DNA of 45,228 nucleotides from IMG/VR virus record IMGVR_UViG_3300043473_000123, positions 1 to 45,228 of that record; one strand, 5' to 3'. Made by a program: the position numbers and the translations under genes. The notes beneath the pieces were generated by a model. It had not been told where the DNA came from, made no database searches, and was given only the letters and a program-made list of their open reading frames with translations. Below are positions 16,974 through 26,166 of the stretch, piece after piece (positions within the stretch are counted from its first letter, which is position 1; the number at the start of each line of letters is the position of its first letter). This DNA comes from a virus (taxonomy: Duplodnaviria; Caudoviricetes).

Positions 16974-18053
16974 ATGAGCGACGCAGCGCCCTCCGCTTTA
17001 GCGGGTGAGGGCCCCGGAAGCATGACCGAAGCACAGGTCATGGAGGGCATTGAAGGCCTGCTCGACGATAAGCCTAAACGCAGACAACCGCCGAGAACGC
17101 TGGAGACCCGGACTTTACCGGGTGCGGAAGCGCTGGCGGAAGAGGAGCAAGGGTCGCAAGACCCGCTGCCGGGACCGGATGATCCGCCCACCCGAGAGGA
17201 AGAGGAGGACGACGCCTACGAACCCGACACCGAGCCCGCGGAAGAGGGCGAGGAGTTGGCCCATCAAGGGATCGAGCCACCGAGTAGTTGGACGAAGCAG
17301 GACCGGGAAGTGTTCGGCACGCTCCCACCCGAAGCCCAGGCAATCATTGCCCGCCGGGACAGCGAGCAGAACGCGGCCTTTAAGCAGAAAACCCAAGAGA
17401 TAGCCGAGCATCGAAAAGCGCTCGAAACGACGTTTCAAACCGTCGAGCAAGAGCGTCAGACTTACGCCCAGAACCTGCGTCAGCTTTTGGCAGTAGCGAT
17501 GCCGGAGGCCGAGCGGTTTAGTCAGGTCGACTGGACCCGTTTGGCGCAGGAGCAGCCAGCCGACTATGTCAGGATGACGGCCGAACGCGATGCCTTACGG
17601 GGTCGCCTCGGTACGATCCAGCAGGAACTGCAGCAAGTCGAGGCGCAAAGCCAACAGGCGCACGCCTATCAATTTGCCCAGATCCGGCAGGCCGAACAAC
17701 AGCGGCTGGTGGAGGCGATCCCGGAATACGGCGACCCCGAGAAGGGGCCGGCAAAGATCGCCAGCGTGCGCAATTGGCTGAGCAAAAAGGGCTTTAACGA
17801 CCAGGAGATCGGCGCGGTGGTGGATCACCGTGTGCTGCTCGTGGTCGAGGAGGCGATGCAGGCGGACCGGATGAAAGAGGTCCGCCAGCAGGCGCAGCAA
17901 AAGCGCAGCAATGGTGGCGTGGTGCAGCCTCCCGGTGCCTCGAGAGCAGGGCCGGATAACCGGGCGGCACAGCGGCGCCAGCAGAAAATGACGGCACTCA
18001 AGCAGTCGGGCAGCGAAAAGGATGCTATCGGCTATCTCATGGAAATCCTCTAA
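16974..18053 (+). CDS. Capsid scaffolding protein
   Basis: Acidic N-terminus, PPSSW, long Gln/Glu coiled coil, directly upstream of the capsid gene. Confidence 0.8.
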   Translation: MSDAAPSALAGEGPGSMTEAQVMEGIEGLLDDKPKRRQPPRTLETRTLPGAEALAEEEQGSQDPLPGPDDPPTREEEEDDAYEPDTEPAEEGEELAHQGIEPPSSWTKQDREVFGTLPPEAQAIIARRDSEQNAAFKQKTQEIAEHRKALETTFQTVEQERQTYAQNLRQLLAVAMPEAERFSQVDWTRLAQEQPADYVRMTAERDALRGRLGTIQQELQQVEAQSQQAHAYQFAQIRQAEQQRLVEAIPEYGDPEKGPAKIASVRNWLSKKGFNDQEIGAVVDHRVLLVVEEAMQADRMKEVRQQAQQKRSNGGVVQPPGASRAGPDNRAAQRRQQKMTALKQSGSEKDAIGYLMEIL

Positions 18054-18077
18054 TCCCTTGATTATACGGAGTTTTCC

Positions 18078-19828
18078 ATGGCGATCATCACAGGAACGGC
18101 TACTACACATGCCGGCGCGCCCGGCTTGCAGGGTCTTAGAGAGGACCTTGCCGAATGGATAAGCAATCTCAGCCCTACAGATACTCCTTTTACGAGTAAT
18201 GTCGGCAGAGGCACCGCCGATGCCGTGTATCACGAGTGGCAGACGGACAGTCTAGCGGCACCAAACACGGCCAACGCGCAGTATCAGGGTGATGATATCG
18301 CGACGTTTACTCCAGCAAGTGTCACCGCACGCTTGGGAAATCGAACTCAAATCTCCCGCAAAGAGGTGATTATTTCGGGAACAGTCGATGCGGTAAATAA
18401 AGCTGGCCGCCGCACCGAACTAGCCTCAATTCATTAGGGGCCTTCCGGGAGCGATCCCGGTCGATACTGGGTGAAATCGGTGGACACCCCTTTGGGGCAA
18501 TACCGAGCCAAGCCGCTGACAAGCGGAAGGTGTAACGACTAGGCGAAAGCCGTAGGGGCCAAGCGGCCTCGAAGCGCCCAGCCCTCCCGCGAGGGAGGTG
18601 AAGAGATAGTCTGGTCTGCACGGCAACGTGCAGCAGTCTCGGCGACCGCAATCCGGGACGCGGCGGGAGTAGCGAACCAGCCGGAACACAACGACCAAAT
18701 GACCAAGCGCGCTAAAGAATTGAAGATCGACATCGAAGCGATCCTTCTTTCCAACCAGGCAAAAGTGGTCGGCGCGGTGGCTGTCGCGCCCAAAGCGGCT
18801 TCCGTGCTTGCGTGGTTGAAAACGAATACCAACCACGTCGGCACCAACCCGACAGGTGACGGGACGGATGCCAGGGTGGACGGTACGCCGCGGGCCTCGA
18901 TCCATTAGGGGCACTTTCGCGGGTGACCGCGATCGATCACCGGGTGAATTGCTGGAACCTCCCGCAAGGGACAATCAGCAGCCAAGCCGCTTCGAGGGGA
19001 GCGGAAGGTTCAACGGCCAGAGGGAAACCTCGTAGGGGCAAGCGCCCCGAAGCGCCCGGCCCCGCCCAAAAGGCGGGTGAAGATATGGTCTGCTCTATGC
19101 GGCAACGTATAGCTGCCGGCGCAAGCCGGCGCGGCAGGAATTAGCGAGCCTGCCGGAACACTAGGTTACGGAAGCGATGTTGAAGTCGGTTTCTGCGAGC
19201 GTGTTCACCAACTCCAGTGAAGACCTCGATGTGCTCATGGTCGGCGGTGCCAATAAAGCCGTCGCATCGGGCTTCGCTGGTGGCGCGCAGAAGACCTACG
19301 ATGTTTCCGACCGCAAGCTGGTTACTACGATAGACGTGTGGGTGGGTGACTCAATGGGGTCCTTGGCGGCGTAAGCTGCCTCGAAGAACTGGGTGAATTC
19401 GGTGAACATCCGGGCGTCCCGGACAATACCGAGCCAAGCCGCGCAAGCGGAAGGTGTAACGACTAGAGCGCAAGCTCGTAGGGCCAAGCGGTCCGAAGCG
19501 CCCAGCCCCCGGAATAAAGCCCGGGGTGATGAGATAGTCTCCTCTGCACGGTAACGTGCAGCAGTCCGTAAGGACGCGACGAGATTAGCGACCTCGTTGG
19601 AAGATTTAGGTCCACACGATCAGGATCATCCCAAACCGCTTTATGCGGCCGAGGGATGCGTTGTTGTTGAACTGGAGCTTGTGGAGCGTTGACTGGCTTC
19701 GTCCAATTCGACAGATGGAATTGGCGAAAACAGGCGATGCGGAGAAGCGTCTACTCATCGGCGAGTATACGTTGGTGTCTAAAAATGAAGCCGGAAATGG
19801 CGGCATTTTCGATCTCACGGCTCCGTAA
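18078..19828 (+). CDS. Major capsid protein (DUF5309/SU10-like), spliced: join(18078-18426,18694-18897,19166-19351,19611-19828), 318 aa
   Basis: GLREDL..ISNLSPTDTPF, HEWQTDSL, RLGNRTQI, KELKIDIE, LAKTGDAEK..GEYTL; removing the three introns restores ELAYQMTK, PRAFTEAML and VGDFHTIRIIPNRF in one frame (957 nt). Confidence 0.92.
18427..18693 (+). ncRNA. Group I intron 1 in capsid gene (267 nt, ORF-less, IA-like with P7.1/P7.2)
   Basis: 5' exon ends in U paired to G in P1 (GCCU|C...GGGGC); P3 CUGGGUG/CGCCCAG; P4 UCGGUG/UACCGA; P7 GACUA/UAGUC; terminal G. Confidence 0.9.
18898..19165 (+). ncRNA. Group I intron 2 in capsid gene (268 nt, ORF-less)
   Basis: GCCU|C...GGGGC P1; P AAUUGCUGGAA, Q AAUCAGCAGC, R UUCAACGGCCAG, S AAGAUAUGGUCU; terminal G. 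Confidence 0.9.
19352..19610 (+). ncRNA. Group I intron 3 in capsid gene (259 nt, ORF-less)
   Basis: GACU|C-AAUG-GGGUC P1 with U.G; core closely similar to intron 1; terminal G. Confidence 0.9.
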
Positions 19829-19842
19829 CGCACATTGAGGAG

Positions 19843-19873
19843 GCCGGCCGGGATTAGCACCTCGGCCGGTTTT
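19843..19873 (+). terminator. Intrinsic terminator after capsid gene
   Basis: gccggccg-ggattagcacct-cggccggt followed by a T-run. Confidence 0.65.
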
Positions 19874-19877
19874 CCGG

Positions 19878-20510
19878 TCAAATAGACGCGCCAATCGCGA
19901 CGTGGTCGGCGAGCCGCATTCGGTTGTTTCTGCTGACGTTCTCGAACTCAGTTAGGCGCCGCAAATTCCACGGCACATGCAAACCGCTGACGCGGTAACC
20001 GTCAAAGGTTATGCCGCGAAACGGGATGATGTGGTCAACGTGCATGCCGGTCGGGCAGTCCTTGTAAGTCTGTAGGAGTTCGGTCGTGTCAACCCAAGGA
20101 GGAGTTGCTTGTAATTTTCGCGCACGGCGTAACGCCGCTTGCGCGGCGCGTATGTCGCGATTATCCCTGCTCCAAGTCTTTGATTGCTCACGATTATAGG
20201 CGCGGGCTTTTTCCAGATTGGCTTGTCGCCACTGGCTCATCTGTTTTCGGCGCTCGGCGCGGGTTTTTTCTGGGTTTTCTTGCCTGTTGCGGTGAGCCCA
20301 CTCGCGATTATACGGCCGGCGCTCAACCTTGGTTTTTAGCTTCCATTCTTTCTTGTAGGCACGGATGCTATCTTTATTTTCCGCAGCGTATTGTTTTTGA
20401 TATTCGATCTTTTGTTCTCTGGTTTCGAGATAACGCAAGCGGTCGTATTCGCTCTTGGCGGCACGACGCTTCGCAAGTCGTTCTTCGGGGGATACAGTGG
20501 AATCAGCCAT
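19878..20510 (-). CDS. Free-standing HNH endonuclease with long charged helical N-terminus
   Basis: RRARKLQATPPW...GMHVDHIIPFRG..VSGLHVPWNLRRLTEFENVSRNNR; GGAG RBS before ATG 20510. Confidence 0.85.
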   Translation of the reverse strand: MADSTVSPEERLAKRRAAKSEYDRLRYLETREQKIEYQKQYAAENKDSIRAYKKEWKLKTKVERRPYNREWAHRNRQENPEKTRAERRKQMSQWRQANLEKARAYNREQSKTWSRDNRDIRAAQAALRRARKLQATPPWVDTTELLQTYKDCPTGMHVDHIIPFRGITFDGYRVSGLHVPWNLRRLTEFENVSRNNRMRLADHVAIGASI

Positions 20511-20599
20511 CCTAGCGCTCCAATCGCTGGCGGTGGTCAGGTGGCGGGCCGGTGCTGATACACCGCTCGCCACCGCACTGTATCAGAAACGCTGACTGA

Positions 20600-20833
20600 A
20601 TGCCGGTACAGGGTGTCGCAGCTGCTCTGGCGATGGTGCTGCTGCACCGGGCCGATGGCGGCGAGGTTATTGTCGCCGTGCCCCAGATCACCAGCCTGCA
20701 CTCGGCGGCCATGTCAGGACCTAAAGTAATGCACCAGACGGCGGGGTGTGTCGTCTGGCTGGCTGATGGGCGGATGTTGACCGTGATGGAGCCGTGCGAG
20801 ACGGTTCGCAAACTTTTGGAACAGGCGAGATGA
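20600..20833 (+). CDS. Hypothetical protein
   Basis: ORF coupled to the next gene. Confidence 0.5.
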   Translation: MPVQGVAAALAMVLLHRADGGEVIVAVPQITSLHSAAMSGPKVMHQTAGCVVWLADGRMLTVMEPCETVRKLLEQAR

Positions 20834-21150
20834 CCGAATATCTGCTCGACCAGGACAAGGCGGCCGGCACCTGGGAGACCTTTGAGTACGACGAGGACAC
20901 TGGCAACATCACGATCCGCAAATATGCCGACGTGCAGCCGGCGCTGGATGTCAATAAGGGTTTCCACCTACACAGCGACGGCAAGGGCAAGGACGCCTGG
21001 CTGGCGGCCCGTATCCCCGACACGATTGCCCTCAAATGGCTGAACGACTACGGCGTCAACGCCTGGCGGGCGGATCACTGGCCACAGGTCAAGCGCCTCC
21101 TTGAAGACCCCGAATGGAAGCATCTGCGACCCACCAGCTTTAGGCTCTGA
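20830..21150 (+). CDS. Head-completion-region hypothetical protein
   Basis: DVQPALD..K, AARIP..ALKW, LEDPEWKHLR pattern typical after podovirus capsid genes. Confidence 0.65.
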   Translation: MTEYLLDQDKAAGTWETFEYDEDTGNITIRKYADVQPALDVNKGFHLHSDGKGKDAWLAARIPDTIALKWLNDYGVNAWRADHWPQVKRLLEDPEWKHLRPTSFRL

Positions 21151-21153
21151 CAG

Positions 21154-22275
21154 ATGGCCTTGGACACCTACGCCGCCTTGAAGACCAGCGTCCTGTCCTG
21201 GCTGGCGCGGCCGGGCGACCCGCTGGTGGAGCCGGCGGTCGATGACATGGTCAAACTGTTTGAGGCCGAAGCAAACCGCAGATTGCGGGTCGGTGCGGCC
21301 GAGAAATACGTCACATTGACCACGATCGGCGGCACCGGCGGCATCGCCTTGCCGAATGACTTCCTGCAAGCGCGGCGCGTTTCCTGCGATGGCTACACTT
21401 TGGCTTATGTCCCGCCCAGCCTCTTGCCAGGTCTCGGCGGCCCGCCGCTCGCCTACACCTTATGGGGTAACACCATCCTGTGGATCGGGCCGCTGCCCGA
21501 CACGGTCTACGACATCGAATTGATCTACCAATCGGGCGTGCCGCCGTTGGCCGGTGGTGACGGGACCAATTGGCTCCTAGACCAGCACCCCGACGCCTAC
21601 CTGTTCGGAACCCTGGCAGAGGCCGAGCTTTACATCGGCCACGATGAGCGGGCGCCGATGTGGCTGCAGCGCCGCGAGGCGGCGTTCGCCTCGATCGAAA
21701 TGAGCGACCGAAAAGCCCGCTGGGGCGGGCCTCTGCAAATCCGGGCGCATGGTATCCAGATCGCGCCGGGCAGTGCCCACGGGGGCGGCACGGTGCCGAC
21801 AATTTCGGGAGGCAATCAAGTGTATGTCGGCACGACCCCGCCCGCTACCGTGAACGAGGGCGATCTGTGGTGGGACTCATCCTCCACCGGCCTCGGCGGC
21901 GGCCAGCTTTATGTCTATTACCTCGACCCGACCGGCGTTCCGGGGCAGTGGGTTGCCGCCACCAACCAGCCAGGGTCCGCAACCGCCGGCATATTGACGC
22001 TGACACCGAGTTCGGGCGACACCATTGTCATCAGCCCCGGCGCGCCTAGTGTCTACATCTCGTCCGGTTCTCTGGCGGCATTGACCGTGCAACTACCGGC
22101 CACCCCGCCGCTCGACAACACGGTGCAGATCTCCTTTGCCCACGACGTAGAGGCGCTGGCGGTGCAAACCAGCACCGGGGGGGCGGTAACGGGTGCCCCG
22201 GACAATGCCTTCGGCCCGGGTGCGGCATTGATCTTCCGCTACGTCCCGCCGGGTGTGTGGATTTACTGGAAATAA
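21154..22275 (+). CDS. Head-tail adaptor with C-terminal fibre-like extension
   Basis: TYAALKTSVLSWLAR...EAEANRRLR, TNWLLDQHPDAYLFGTL; extension TPPATVNEGDLWWDS, GQLYVYY, QWV. Confidence 0.75.
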   Translation: MALDTYAALKTSVLSWLARPGDPLVEPAVDDMVKLFEAEANRRLRVGAAEKYVTLTTIGGTGGIALPNDFLQARRVSCDGYTLAYVPPSLLPGLGGPPLAYTLWGNTILWIGPLPDTVYDIELIYQSGVPPLAGGDGTNWLLDQHPDAYLFGTLAEAELYIGHDERAPMWLQRREAAFASIEMSDRKARWGGPLQIRAHGIQIAPGSAHGGGTVPTISGGNQVYVGTTPPATVNEGDLWWDSSSTGLGGGQLYVYYLDPTGVPGQWVAATNQPGSATAGILTLTPSSGDTIVISPGAPSVYISSGSLAALTVQLPATPPLDNTVQISFAHDVEALAVQTSTGGAVTGAPDNAFGPGAALIFRYVPPGVWIYWK

Positions 22276-22276
22276 A

Positions 22277-22669
22277 ATGAGCTTGGATTTCCCGACCGGA
22301 CCGACGAGTGGCCAGACCCACACAGAGGGGGGGCTGACCTGGCGGTATCTGCCGCCACGATGGATCGCGGCCACGCCGGCGCCGCCGGAACTGTTGCCGC
22401 CGCAGATGCTGGTCGTTACCTCCAGCCAGGTTCTGCCGGCAGGGTTTACCGGCACGGTGTTGGTCGAGGCCGCCGCGTCGTTGACCCTAACCCTGCCACC
22501 AACACCGGTGACTGGCCAGGCGGTGACGGTCAAAGACGCTCTCGGCAATGCCGGTACTTACCCGATCACGGTGGCGGGCACCATCGAGGGCATCACCGAT
22601 ATGACGATCAATTTTGCCTATGGCTGGGTGTCGCTGACCTATAGCGGCATCCAATGGATTCAGACGTGA
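22277..22669 (+). CDS. Small tail/fibre-associated protein
   Basis: LDFPTGPTSGQT..TWRY; LTLTLPPTPVTGQAVTVKD..NAGTYPITV. Confidence 0.6.
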   Translation: MSLDFPTGPTSGQTHTEGGLTWRYLPPRWIAATPAPPELLPPQMLVVTSSQVLPAGFTGTVLVEAAASLTLTLPPTPVTGQAVTVKDALGNAGTYPITVAGTIEGITDMTINFAYGWVSLTYSGIQWIQT

Positions 22670-24264
22670 CTATTGCACCATGGCCCGAATGGTTGCCGGA
22701 TCAAGCCGATTTTGGCTCGGCCGGGTCGCCGGTCATTACCGGCGTCATACCGTTGACCCCAAAATCCTATGGCCCGATGCCATCGGCGGTGCCGTGGTCG
22801 AGCAACACATTGGCGGAACAATGCCGGGGCGCTTACGCAATCAAAAGCCCGGGCGGGCAGGTTTTTACCTTTGCCGGCGACCGGCAGAAACTCTACCGGG
22901 TCCTGCCCACCACCGATGTCCTGGCCGATGTCTCGCGCACTGCCGGCGGGCCGTATGCCACCCCGCCAATTCCTTTAGGCGGCGGTCACTGGAGCATGAC
23001 CTCCTTTGGCAGCCGGATCGTCGCCACCAACGGGGTCGATCCGATCCAGACGATGCTCTTGGGGGAAACCAATTTTGAGGATTTACAGCCTGGCGAGGTC
23101 GGCCCGCCGGTCGTGGCGGCGGCACCGCTCGCCAAGTACGTCGCGACGGTGAAGGATTTCCTCTTTGTCGGAAACACGTCAGACCCGGTAGATGGCCCGG
23201 TTCCTTATAGAATTTGGTGGTCGGCAATCAACAACGTCCAATCGTGGCCCCAGCCTGGAAGCATAGAAGCGCAGCAGGTCATGAGCGACTACCAGGATCT
23301 GCAGCAGACCGATCTCGGCAACGTCACGCAATTGGTTAGCGGCTTCGCGCCGGGCTCAGATGTCGTGATCTTCTGCGAGCGCGGCATCTACACCGCCAGC
23401 TTCACCGGCCCGCCGCTCTTATTCAACTTCCGGGTGGCGCAAGGCGCTTCCGGCACGATGTCGCCGCGCTCGGTGGTGCAGTCTTTCGCGCGTAACAATG
23501 CCGGAGCCATACAGCCTGTGGTTTATGCACTGGGAGGCGATGGGTTCTTTGCCTTTGACGGCAGCACCAGCTTCCCGATCGGCGCACAGAAGTTCGACAG
23601 GTTGTTTTGGCGGGAACTCGACGACGCCTATTTGAGCTATGTGCAGGGCATCAACGACCCGCGCACGCACAGCGTTATCTGGGGGTTTGCCACGGCCGGC
23701 AGCAACGGATTGATCAGCCGCCTCTTAATCTACAACTGGGAACTCGCGCGGGCGTCCTACATCGAATTGGAACCGGCGCAGTATCTGGAATGGCTGACGG
23801 TCTCGATGTACGGCACCTCGTACAATCTCGACAACATTCCCGTCAGCATGGGCGATCTCGACACGCTCTCCCCCAGCTTCGACGACCCCTTCTGGACCGG
23901 CAATCAGGAGAGCCGCCTTAGCATGTTCGACCGCGAACATCGCCTTTCGATCGGCGGCGGGCCGGCTTTTGCGGTGGTGTTGGAAACCGCCGAGATGCAG
24001 CCAAACGAAGGCCGCCGAGCCTGGGTCCGGCTGACCCGGCCGCTCAATGACGGCGGTATCTCGACGATCGCGGTCGGGCACCGCGAGCGGTTGACCGATC
24101 CGGTGATGTGGGAAGCGCCGGTCTCACTCAACCAATTGGGCGAGTGTCCGCAAAGAGCCACCGGAAGATACCTCAGGTTTCGGATGACGATGCCGGCTGG
24201 ACAGGCCTTTACCCACGCGATGGGTATCGACATGCAGCTTATCCCGGAGGGGCAGCGGCGCTAA
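22654..24264 (+). CDS. Tail nozzle/stabilisation protein (P22 gp10-like beta-propeller)
   Basis: EWLPDQ, RIWWSAINN, C-terminal RATGRYLRFRM; position after adaptor. Confidence 0.75.
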   Translation: MDSDVTIAPWPEWLPDQADFGSAGSPVITGVIPLTPKSYGPMPSAVPWSSNTLAEQCRGAYAIKSPGGQVFTFAGDRQKLYRVLPTTDVLADVSRTAGGPYATPPIPLGGGHWSMTSFGSRIVATNGVDPIQTMLLGETNFEDLQPGEVGPPVVAAAPLAKYVATVKDFLFVGNTSDPVDGPVPYRIWWSAINNVQSWPQPGSIEAQQVMSDYQDLQQTDLGNVTQLVSGFAPGSDVVIFCERGIYTASFTGPPLLFNFRVAQGASGTMSPRSVVQSFARNNAGAIQPVVYALGGDGFFAFDGSTSFPIGAQKFDRLFWRELDDAYLSYVQGINDPRTHSVIWGFATAGSNGLISRLLIYNWELARASYIELEPAQYLEWLTVSMYGTSYNLDNIPVSMGDLDTLSPSFDDPFWTGNQESRLSMFDREHRLSIGGGPAFAVVLETAEMQPNEGRRAWVRLTRPLNDGGISTIAVGHRERLTDPVMWEAPVSLNQLGECPQRATGRYLRFRMTMPAGQAFTHAMGIDMQLIPEGQRR

Positions 24265-24479
24265 TGGCGGCGCATAGCCCGCTCACCACCGTAGTCCCGC
24301 CGGTAATGCCGGACCAGCCGCCTCCTGCCTGGCCGCAATGGCTGCGCTCGATGGCGGAAGCGATCAACCTACTGGCCAACCGCCAGAACAACCCGATACC
24401 CGAAGCCGCCGACATTGCAGGACTACAGCAACTGGTGGCGGACCTAAGCACGCGGCTGGAGGCGCTGGAGCGGCGGTGA
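24264..24479 (+). CDS. Small tail-associated protein
   Basis: WLRSMAEAINLL and coiled-coil end; coupled ORF. Confidence 0.55.
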   Translation: MAAHSPLTTVVPPVMPDQPPPAWPQWLRSMAEAINLLANRQNNPIPEAADIAGLQQLVADLSTRLEALERR

Positions 24480-24895
24480 CGGACAGGGTGCATCTACCGC
24501 CGCTCGATGAGATCCTCAACTATTGGCCGCAGATCGAGGCGCATCTGCGCCGTGCTACCGAGCGTACCGGTTGCTACGAGCCGATCGACCTTCTCCGCAT
24601 GGCTTTTGCCGGCGAGGTCGGGATCTGGCTGTGCGAAAGCCGGACCGGGATCGATGCGGCTTTTGTCACCTGGATCAAGCAGTACCCGCGCCGGCGCGTC
24701 CTGGAGATCGCCGCTGGCGGCGGCAACAACATGCAGGATTGGATCGGGCCTTTGCGAGACGCCCTCGACCAGCACGCGCGCGAGACCGGCTGCGCCCACA
24801 TCGCGTCTACTGCCCGGCCGGGATGGTTGCGTGCCTGGGGCGCCAGAGCTACCGGCGACATCCAGATGGTGCGCGGTATAGGAGGCGCTCTGTAA
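24476..24895 (+). CDS. GNAT-like fold virion-assembly protein
   Basis: YPRRRVLEIAAGGG..MQDW..ARETGCAHI...RPGWLR; usual slot before ejection genes. Confidence 0.6.
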   Translation: MTDRVHLPPLDEILNYWPQIEAHLRRATERTGCYEPIDLLRMAFAGEVGIWLCESRTGIDAAFVTWIKQYPRRRVLEIAAGGGNNMQDWIGPLRDALDQHARETGCAHIASTARPGWLRAWGARATGDIQMVRGIGGAL

Positions 24896-26166
24896 TGAAG
24901 GGCTCATCGCAGCCGAGCGGCTACACCAACGTCACTAACCCGAGCCAGGTCGCTCAGCAACCATATCTCAATTTTGGCTACGAGCAGGCCAAAGACCAGT
25001 ACCAGAATACGCCCTATTACCCCGGCAATACGGTCGCGCCGTATTACGCGCCAAACCCCTATCAGGCGCAGGGCTACGAGGCCTTGGCCAATACCGGGCA
25101 GCAATCGGCCAATACCCTGCAACCGGCCGCCAACACGGTCTTCAACGAAGCCGCCACCCGGCAATACGGTGGCCCCGCCAATCCGGCTTACGGCGGCTAC
25201 ATGGGGCTGGCCTACGGCGACAGCTACACGCCGCAGAACTTCGGCAACCTGCAGTCACAGGCTCAGTGGGGCGGGCAGAACTATGCGGGGCAAGTGGCGC
25301 AATACGCCCCCGAGATGCAGGCGCTGGGCCGCGCCGGGGCGCAGAACAGCAACCTCGGCATGTCGCAATTGGGAGCCAGCGCCTCCGGGCAGTATCTGAA
25401 CAGCAACCCGTACCTGAACGCTGCCATCGAGACCGCGCAGCGCCCGACCCAGACGGCTTACCAGACCAGTATCGCGCCGGGGCTCGATGCCGCGGCGGCG
25501 CAGAGCGGGCGCTACGGCTCTGGTGCGCAGGCCGGCATGGCATCCACCGCGCAACAGAACCTGGTGCGAGGGTTGGGCGACATATCGACCAATATGTCGA
25601 ACGCCAATTACGCCCGCGAGAGGCAGGCGCAAGACGCTGCCGCGCAGAATTACGGGCAGATGTACAATACCGGCTTGGGTCTTGGCATGACCGGCTTGCA
25701 GAACGCCGCCGGGCTGCAGAACACCGCCGGCAACCAGTTCTTTGCCGGTCAGCGCGCCGCGCAGGATGCCGCCAACCAATACGCCCAGGCGCAGCAGAGC
25801 GGGCTGGCCGGGTTGTCATCGGGCTTCAACACGCAAAACCAAGCAGCGATGGATGCGATGCGGGCCTTCCCCGGCTTGGCGACAGCCAACCAGCAGGGGG
25901 CACAAGCGCAGATCGCAGCGGGCCAGGGTCTTTCCGGCCTCGATCAGCAGTACCGGCAGTATCAACAGCAACTGATCGACGAAGACATGAAGCGGTACAA
26001 TTACCCGCAGCAGCAATTGCAGAGCTACATGGGCCTGATCGGGAGCCCGGTCCCGGGCTCCACCTCGACGCCGTACTACCGCAACCAGGGCGCTGAGGTC
26101 ATGAGTGGCCTGACCGGCGCGCTCGGGCTCGGCAAGTCGTTGATGGGTGGCTTGAGCAAAATCTGA
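24895..26166 (+). CDS. Ejection/internal virion protein (Gln/Ala/Gly-rich)
   Basis: GQYLNSNPYL, AAQSGRYGSGA, NANYARERQAQ. Confidence 0.65.
   Translation: MKGSSQPSGYTNVTNPSQVAQQPYLNFGYEQAKDQYQNTPYYPGNTVAPYYAPNPYQAQGYEALANTGQQSANTLQPAANTVFNEAATRQYGGPANPAYGGYMGLAYGDSYTPQNFGNLQSQAQWGGQNYAGQVAQYAPEMQALGRAGAQNSNLGMSQLGASASGQYLNSNPYLNAAIETAQRPTQTAYQTSIAPGLDAAAAQSGRYGSGAQAGMASTAQQNLVRGLGDISTNMSNANYARERQAQDAAAQNYGQMYNTGLGLGMTGLQNAAGLQNTAGNQFFAGQRAAQDAANQYAQAQQSGLAGLSSGFNTQNQAAMDAMRAFPGLATANQQGAQAQIAAGQGLSGLDQQYRQYQQQLIDEDMKRYNYPQQQLQSYMGLIGSPVPGSTSTPYYRNQGAEVMSGLTGALGLGKSLMGGLSKI

Noticed and set aside
18427-19610. Repeated blocks as a CRISPR array, DGR template/variable repeats, or the listed ORFs 18923-19144 and 18426-18974
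   Set aside because: The repeats are intron cores; there is no repeat-spacer periodicity, no reverse transcriptase or cas gene, and the ORFs are shadows
18078-19828. Capsid gene as a pseudogene or frameshifted assembly error
   Set aside because: The inserts have group I intron cores and precise U/G boundaries that restore the frame
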